Assembly: GCA_027923505.1 (NCBI GenBank)
Contig: BROI01000016.1
Location: 310,001 to 374,000 of the forward strand
Source: Mayamaea pseudoterrestris
Lineage: Eukaryota
Direction: 5' to 3'
DNA length: 64,000 bases
In this document: positions 57,575 to 64,000 of the stretch, piece after piece
How the letters are laid out: each line of letters begins with the position of its first letter
Numbering within the stretch: position 1 is the first letter of the stretch
Position numbers and translations under genes: made by a program
The notes under the pieces: generated by a model
Seen by the model: the letters and a program-made list of their open reading frames with translations, nothing else
Database searches by the model: none
What the model was told of the DNA's origin: nothing

Positions 57575-58864
57575 CTACATTATTTCAGTTGGCTTTGCAT
57601 CCTCTCTATTCATCGTCAAAAGGCGGTCGTCTCGCACCGTGACGGTCAATCCAGTCTCCTTAATTTGCACTTGTACCGTAAAGTGCGTTTCGTTTTCGCT
57701 CAGTAGTATATTCACCGCAAGCTCGTCAATCAAAACAATATCGGGATGCACCTGTAGTTGCGACAAGTCATTTGTATATGTTTGGTGCTGCTCCATGTGA
57801 TATTCGAGCGCGTAGTAAACATTCATGGCCGCCAACCGCGCTGGCCAAAACGGATCGCGATAATGATCGATTAAATCGCTAGCTTGCGTCGTCGCAGTGT
57901 CTGCTTCTGCAGCTTGAACAATGTTATTCATTGCATCATTGTCATGATGAAGATTCAACTCATTTCCAAAGACAAAATATCCCCATGCATCCGGCAAGTG
58001 CATGTCCACCATGCCTCGAAACGATTTGGAAGATGCATCCCACACGAATTGGCTTTGCCACGTCCAATTCACTGCGCCTTGCAGCTCGACGCGCGAAAAG
58101 TTGACTCTCCAAAACGTGCCCGGAGTAGGAGCTAGTTGTGCTGCCGTGATGGAATCGTTGGACGACGAATTAATTTGCGAGTCGACAACGTTTCCATGTG
58201 GTTGCTCCACTGCACCTGTTCGTCTCTGCAACTCGCATAAGCTCCACTTGAGCTCCACCGTCCACGTTGCTCCCTGAACGTCGTCGTTCAAAATGCCTTC
58301 CGCGACGCGCGTTTCCGTGACTTGATCAGATACGTCATAGTAGTTGGCGTCGCCTGGCACGGCAACTCGACCCGAATGCTCGCAGCCGCCGTTGCGGTAC
58401 GGCTTGTCCAGCATCAAGTTCCACACAGTATTGACTGCGTTGAGCTCCAGTTCCTTGTAGTCGAAATGACTCGCAAAGGCATCGACAAAGACTTCAAAGT
58501 CGGAATCTAACTGGTAAATGGCAGAGTTGCGTTCCGTGAATTTAGCAATGGTGGGGAAATCGGGCGACGCTTCCAACACGGCGGCAATGTATAAATAGTC
58601 ATCGTCATACAAGGCTTTGAACTTGGTCATTGCAGGTGTATAGTCATGCTGCTCGTTGGCTGTTGTTGATTCCCCAGTAATATCGGCAAACGGCTCGCTC
58701 CACTGTGCCGCTCGCCACACTGGCTTGTCAATGTTTCCATCAATCTCAATGGAATCATGAATCTTTTGAGCCGTATACGAATGCGGATATAGTGACCAGT
58801 GTAGCTGAAAGGGAGTCGCAGCGACGAAAGCAGTCTTCATGGTTGCGACGACGAAAAGCTTCAT
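57575..58864 (-). CDS. CBM9-like/DOMON-like sugar-binding domain protein
   Basis: IDGNIDKPVW, TKFKALYDDDYLYI, DSDFEVFVD, YKELELNA.NTVW.L, WRVNFSRV and MHLPDAWG motifs. Start uncertain; the ORF extends to 59086. Confidence 0.8.
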   Translation of the reverse strand: MKLFVVATMKTAFVAATPFQLHWSLYPHSYTAQKIHDSIEIDGNIDKPVWRAAQWSEPFADITGESTTANEQHDYTPAMTKFKALYDDDYLYIAAVLEASPDFPTIAKFTERNSAIYQLDSDFEVFVDAFASHFDYKELELNAVNTVWNLMLDKPYRNGGCEHSGRVAVPGDANYYDVSDQVTETRVAEGILNDDVQGATWTVELKWSLCELQRRTGAVEQPHGNVVDSQINSSSNDSITAAQLAPTPGTFWRVNFSRVELQGAVNWTWQSQFVWDASSKSFRGMVDMHLPDAWGYFVFGNELNLHHDNDAMNNIVQAAEADTATTQASDLIDHYRDPFWPARLAAMNVYYALEYHMEQHQTYTNDLSQLQVHPDIVLIDELAVNILLSENETHFTVQVQIKETGLTVTVRDDRLLTMNREDAKPTEIM

Positions 58865-61247
58865 GGTGTTTTCTTTGGCGTGCGATTCGTTCCGTCGTAC
58901 GCGTCGCATCGTTACTGACTGAGACAAACGTTTCGCGCAGCCATAACAACCGAAAACATCATCATCAAGAGCCTGCCCATAGCCCTTGCTGCACTCCTTG
59001 TGCTCGAGTAGAATGCCCCATGACACTGGTCTTGAAGAAAGAATGCGAAAAATATTGCTATTGCCATACTCGTGAATGGCCGCCATGTGTAGAATATGGC
59101 GTTCATCGCAGATTTATCAGCCGTGGGCTCGGCCGGCACTTGCCGATGAAATGATTTGTAAATTTATTGTTCATTCCATCAGCTTGCGTTACCAAACAAT
59201 GCAATGAACGACACGTGCCTTTCGCAGCAGCGTCGTCTTGCGGCAAGGTGGCGAAAAATTTATTGGATATGAATCTACGCCAAAGTTCCTTTTGCCCTTT
59301 TCCATCGCCACTCGAGAGAGTCGTGGAGAAGCGTGGAGCGGCGCTGGCCAGACGTGGATCAAGGACCACTCGAAACGAGCAAACGATGCAGCAGCATGAT
59401 CACACACGTTTGCTTCATTTCCATCGAGCGCCGAGAACTAAAGCAATCGCAGCAGCATACATTGTGAAGGTCGTTGTTTCGGAAAGGACTCAGTGAGCAA
59501 TTCCATTGCTATTCGGTATTTGTTTCGAGCAGCAAGGTTCGGCTGGTGCTAATTGCGGTCGGTGCGACGATGTTGCAAGGGGCTGACATGTATAGAATGG
59601 GGCGCATGCCATGTCGTTGAATGCCGTTTCGTCGCTTGATCACTTGATTTACGCTCGTCCAAGAGCGACTGACTGCGTGTTGACACTATTTGCCTTATTC
59701 ATATTGAGGCTTTTGTAACTGGCAGGCGCTGGCGTTATTACGGAAAACTTTCCAATGGCTGGTACGAGAGTCGACAATTTACACGGAATCGGAAACGTTT
59801 GATGAAGAATAATGCTGTAAGATTCGTCCGTTGGCTCGACTTAAACGCTTCATCAACATTTTTGTGCTCACGTTCAACCCGCGACGTTTCACTCAATGAC
59901 TACTGCATTAAGATCACGCTACGCATCATGTCATGTCGATGCATGGGACTGTATTTTCCGCCGGAGAGGCCCAGTAATAATCGCAGAATTCGGCAGGGCA
60001 GGTTCAGTTATGCGTTTTTTGTCCTCGTCGTTCGTTGTGAAACATAATGAGCAGTTGATTGAGACAAATTGCGTTTCACTCGAACGTGCCTGCGAATCAA
60101 ATGCGTTGCAAGCCACACGGCGCGACCTCTATTCTGCGACCGTTGCTGATTGGCGATCGGCAATACTGAACGCCATGGTTCGTCATGCGGCGCTGGATTG
60201 CTTCAGCGTGCCGCAGCACAAAATGCCAACACCAGGCCTTCCTTGCATTCCCGCTGACGGTCAACCTTTAGAGGAGCGTCGGCGTTTTGGAAGCACCTTA
60301 TTCGCCAACATGGGGAGCGGTATGTTCATGACGCGACCATTCACGCATTCATCCATGCCGCCACGAAATCTTTTTATGACAGTGCCACATCAAACGGGCA
60401 AGATAGAGGAGGGACTGCTCCGCTGCGGCAGGCAGTGACGATGATCATGGTCTTTTTTCGATGAGACCTCATCTGTGCAATTTGTTGACAAACTCTATCT
60501 GTCGCTGGCGACCGCCATTGATAGAATTGAGCACTAAGCGAGAAACTATGATGTGCTGAATTGGCCGGTTTTGGGTCTCATTGCTGAGGATGAATGATTT
60601 TACTTCGCATACACCGGTTAGGCTTCGATCATTTCGCTCGTCGTCGATGAAACGAATCGATGTTTCCTGCAGTTCCTCCAGTATCTCGAATTCACGATGG
60701 TTGCACTGTAATTGCGCAATGTGCTCAAACAAGAACGTTGCGAATCATTTTTTTAAATCATGCGGCTTGGTATATCATAATATCAATGTGATTACGTTGG
60801 CTCTGCGCTGCAAATCGCAATGATCCGCGCGCAGCAAACATTGAAATATATCCATTGCCCGCCGATTTTATTGGTTTCTTGCTAATGGATAACTCGACAT
60901 GGAACCAGAACGGCATCGACTTGAATAATGCAGTCATGGGTGAAGTCGGCAAAAAGGTTACTGTACATTTTTTGCGACATTATGTCTAAATTCAATTGGT
61001 GCTTTACTTTTGGGATGTCGCTGCAAATTATTGTCAAGAAGATGGAATAAATTGCTGGAGTTGGGGCCGAAATGGCGTGTCTAATCGTAGCAGCGCTGAT
61101 CATGTAGGTGGAGTCGGTTGACGAAGAAAAGACCAGCCGGGGAGGCTGCCATGTCGTGAGAAGCAGTTCGGGCTGTCGTGGTAATTTCGGAAACGCGGCA
61201 GAGGCACTGCCACCAACACGATGTGGCCGCGCCATACTCCTTACTAG

Positions 61248-61333
61248 CACAAAAGGCAGATTACTGGCTTTTGTCGGTTTGGTAGCTCGGCACAAAAGGC
61301 AGAGTACTGGCTTTTGTCGGTTTGGTAGCTCGG
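61248..61333. repeat. 43-bp tandem duplication, each unit containing a stem-loop
   Basis: cacaaaaggcaga(t/g)tactggcttttgtcggtttggtagctcgg occurs twice. Confidence 0.9.
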
Positions 61334-62419
61334 TTTCTCCAAGTGACAGGCAGCGCATGTAGCCTAAGTGAAAGTGAAGTGAGGCGACAGGCAAAGAACG
61401 GACAACATATCGTTTCCCCAATCAAGTGTATCAAGCTCTGACGATGATCCTCGTAGAGAAAGCTCGGTAACGCGCTGTCCACGGATGTAAATTTGACGTT
61501 GCTGTTAATTCACAGTCCTTTATGTGCCCCGTCCTTCAGAGTCCAATTTTGACAGTTGATGCTTAAGCTTTCATTTGTGATCCGATGCCTGCGTGAGTTG
61601 ACAGTGAGTACACGGATTGACATCGTTCTTACAGTCAATCAATTCAGCAATTAGCATCGCGCTCTCCGTGCCTTGTCGGTTAAATTCAGTTTTTGTCGGA
61701 AACTCAGGCGGCGATTCTGTCTCAACATCGTTAAGCTGCGGCAAAAAGGCTCCAGTTACCGGGATCGTTTTTGTGCGCCTGTTGGTGTTTCCTTAGATTA
61801 GATAAGTTTACGAAAGACTAGATTCAATTGCTTGAAGCGGCGGACTCGAATCTCATCAGCATGTGCCTTCCTAAAAGTGCATGAAATCTGGCGGCAAATC
61901 TTTTGTTCACAATCAAACTACATCTGCAACAGATACTTTATAACAATATTTGTGGCGCAACGTGATCCGACTATGACTCATCAGGTGCGACTTCGTCGAC
62001 GCTCGGACGAGAATGGCGACATTCACGGAGCTGCCATTGACAGTTCTTAATTTATGGATATCCAAATGCAGCAAGTGAAAGATGGAGAGCAGCTTGTCAG
62101 CAAATTTTGCGGTTGGCGGAGTTTGGAACTTAGTCTAGGGAGTTTATGCAATCACGCTGCAGCAATTCCATGGCTGTTGCGCCGGATGTTGGCCTACAGA
62201 TCCGACTGTCGGTGTGCTGCTGAGAAACATATTGATGGAGCCATGAAGGCAACTATATCTCTCGCCGGCATTGTCGAGGGAAGTGTTTGTCGACTACTCA
62301 TCAGTGACAAGTCCTTACTATTAAAAGCATGTAGTCGGTAAACAACCTTGGCTTCTTTGAGCCAGTCGTTTGCTATCCAAAGCTGTGGATTGGACATTGA
62401 ACAGGGGCTTTCCAATTGG

Positions 62420-63280
62420 TGGCACAAGCGTGCTGCGAAAGTAGTTTGTACACGAACAGCAGCAATGTGAAAAACACTTTGCGGCGCTATCAACAAGTTT
62501 TTATTGACGGCCGTGCAACTCAAGATGAACTTCCCTTAGATTGCCCCTTTCCTCTTTGTAGGATCCATGACATGACTACCGATAGACTGCGTTTCGCGTT
62601 TAGCAAACGTTTATTCGCTGTTTCGCGGAAGTCCTACCAACGACAGTGCCGAGCACTTCTTCAAAGCTATGGGAATGGCCAAAGTTCGAAGTTGACCAAG
62701 AAATATGCAAGTTTAACAATTTAGGCAATCTGACAACGACCACATCAATAGCTATATGTATGGCGTCACCTGTGATAGTTTCACACGCCAAAGCTTCACC
62801 AGCGCTTGCGAGCTTCCGAGACGTAAACCCCAAGCCATTCTCTGAACCGATCGAGCAGTAAATCTGCGAGCCCTCGCAGATACTAGTCGGACCTGGTCAA
62901 GAAATGGTGCTTTCGTACGTCTCGAATCTTCCAGAAGACGCTGGCTGCAAGAGACTTTGGCTGTGTGTAACTATGAAACATCGCCAAGAGCTATAGTGAT
63001 TGTCAAGTTACTGGCTGATGCTTGCCTAAAGTCACAACTTGCGTATTCTTCCGTCAACTGAGACTTTGGCCATGCCCAAGCTTTGAACGAAGTGCTCGTG
63101 CACTAAATCGTTCGAGACTTCACTGCAAAGAGCGAATAAGCGACGTTCCTGCTAAAATGGCGCGAAACGCTCTTCGTTAGTTCATGTCATGGACTCTTAC
63201 ACAACGTTGATAGCGCCGCAAAGTGTTTTTCAGCCAATTGTTTGTTCGAGTATAAACTACTCTCGGCACACTTGGATGCA
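62420..63280. repeat. Long imperfect inverted repeat centred near 62871
   Basis: gaaaaacactttgcggcgctatcaac (62469) matches its reverse complement at 63206; centre atctgcgag-cc-ctcgcagat; further collinear matches lie between. Confidence 0.88.
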
Positions 63281-63537
63281 CAATAAAGCTGTAGTTGGAA
63301 CTCACGGAAGCAAGCATTCTTGATTTACGCAAATTAGTTACGCAGTCATAGTAAGCGGCACATGCAAAATGCTCTTGACGTGGACGATGCGGAGGTTGTG
63401 TAAGCGAAACGAAGACTTTTTTCATGAAAAGGTTATCGTCTTTTGAGACAAGTCCTCATATATGTTGCAGCGTTTTTGACAAGCCAAGTCTTAACAGATC
63501 TTACCATTAGGGTAAAGCTTAAATAAATTAATGAGAT

Positions 63538-63999
63538 CTACACATGATACTTTTGCTTGTTCTTAAAAACCCTGTTGAGTCGCCGCAAAAAGCCGCGTTT
63601 CTTGCGTGGACTGCTGCGTATATCCTCCTCTTCATCGTCATAATTGGCGTCAGAGTCGTCAGACTCATCATCATCCCTCTCGTCATCGTCATCATCTTCA
63701 TCATCTTCATCGTCAACTGTGCACCCACGGGAGCCGGTAGAGGATGGATGGAATGATATGGAAGTGATCGACAAATCATCACCGCGAGACGATGCAGTGG
63801 TGAAGGTTCGACGAACTCCGCTCTTGCCATCTTCCTCGATACTGTCATCGTCCAAATGCAATCGCATGCTGGTAACTTCGCGAACTACACTTGGTGTTGT
63901 AGGATGGTACAGCTCCGGTGCTTCCGCTATATGCGGATGCTTGGCATTGTCAACAAGCGATCCTTCCTCCTCAGGATCCGTGCTTTTTGACCTGGTCTT
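63538..63999 (-). CDS. 3' end of a protein with an acidic tract and basic NLS-like tail (partial)
   Basis: Frame open to the window edge; D/E tract followed by PRKKRGFLRRLNRVFK. Confidence 0.7.
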   Translation of the reverse strand, partial: KTRSKSTDPEEEGSLVDNAKHPHIAEAPELYHPTTPSVVREVTSMRLHLDDDSIEEDGKSGVRRTFTTASSRGDDLSITSISFHPSSTGSRGCTVDDEDDEDDDDDERDDDESDDSDANYDDEEEDIRSSPRKKRGFLRRLNRVFKNKQKYHV

Positions 64000-64000
64000 G

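Noticed and set aside
59500..62400. Short ORFs in the gene-poor region
   Set aside because: No recognisable motifs or consistent gene structure.

Overview
Eukaryotic nuclear DNA, almost certainly a diatom: several genes start with a signal peptide plus an ASAF-type plastid motif, dxs has a GT-AG intron, and diatom-type Copia elements are present. The species cannot be determined from the sequence alone. Two gene-dense arms (1-19 kb and 44.2-64 kb) flank a ~25 kb gene-free repeat block. The left arm has a Zn-finger protein, GMC oxidoreductase, chlorophyllase-like hydrolase, sulfotransferase, cpn20, a secreted PS-tetrapeptide protein, a rhomboid and a selenoprotein M-like gene that the ORF track splits at its UGA, with a candidate SECIS. 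The central block has four satellite families (about 175, 506, 170/180 and 170 bp), a satellite derived from a Pro-Ser repeat reading frame, and two oppositely oriented fragments of one Copia family; one has a half-tRNA-Asn-type primer site and the other a chromo-like motif. The right arm has a His-rich microprotein, dxs, an MDM2-type RING protein, a CBM9-like protein, tandem membrane paralogs and a ~0.9 kb imperfect palindrome. The 27-40.5 kb segment looks like unpolished long-read sequence, so its frameshifts and junctions may be artefacts. All family calls come from motif recognition by eye, not database searches.
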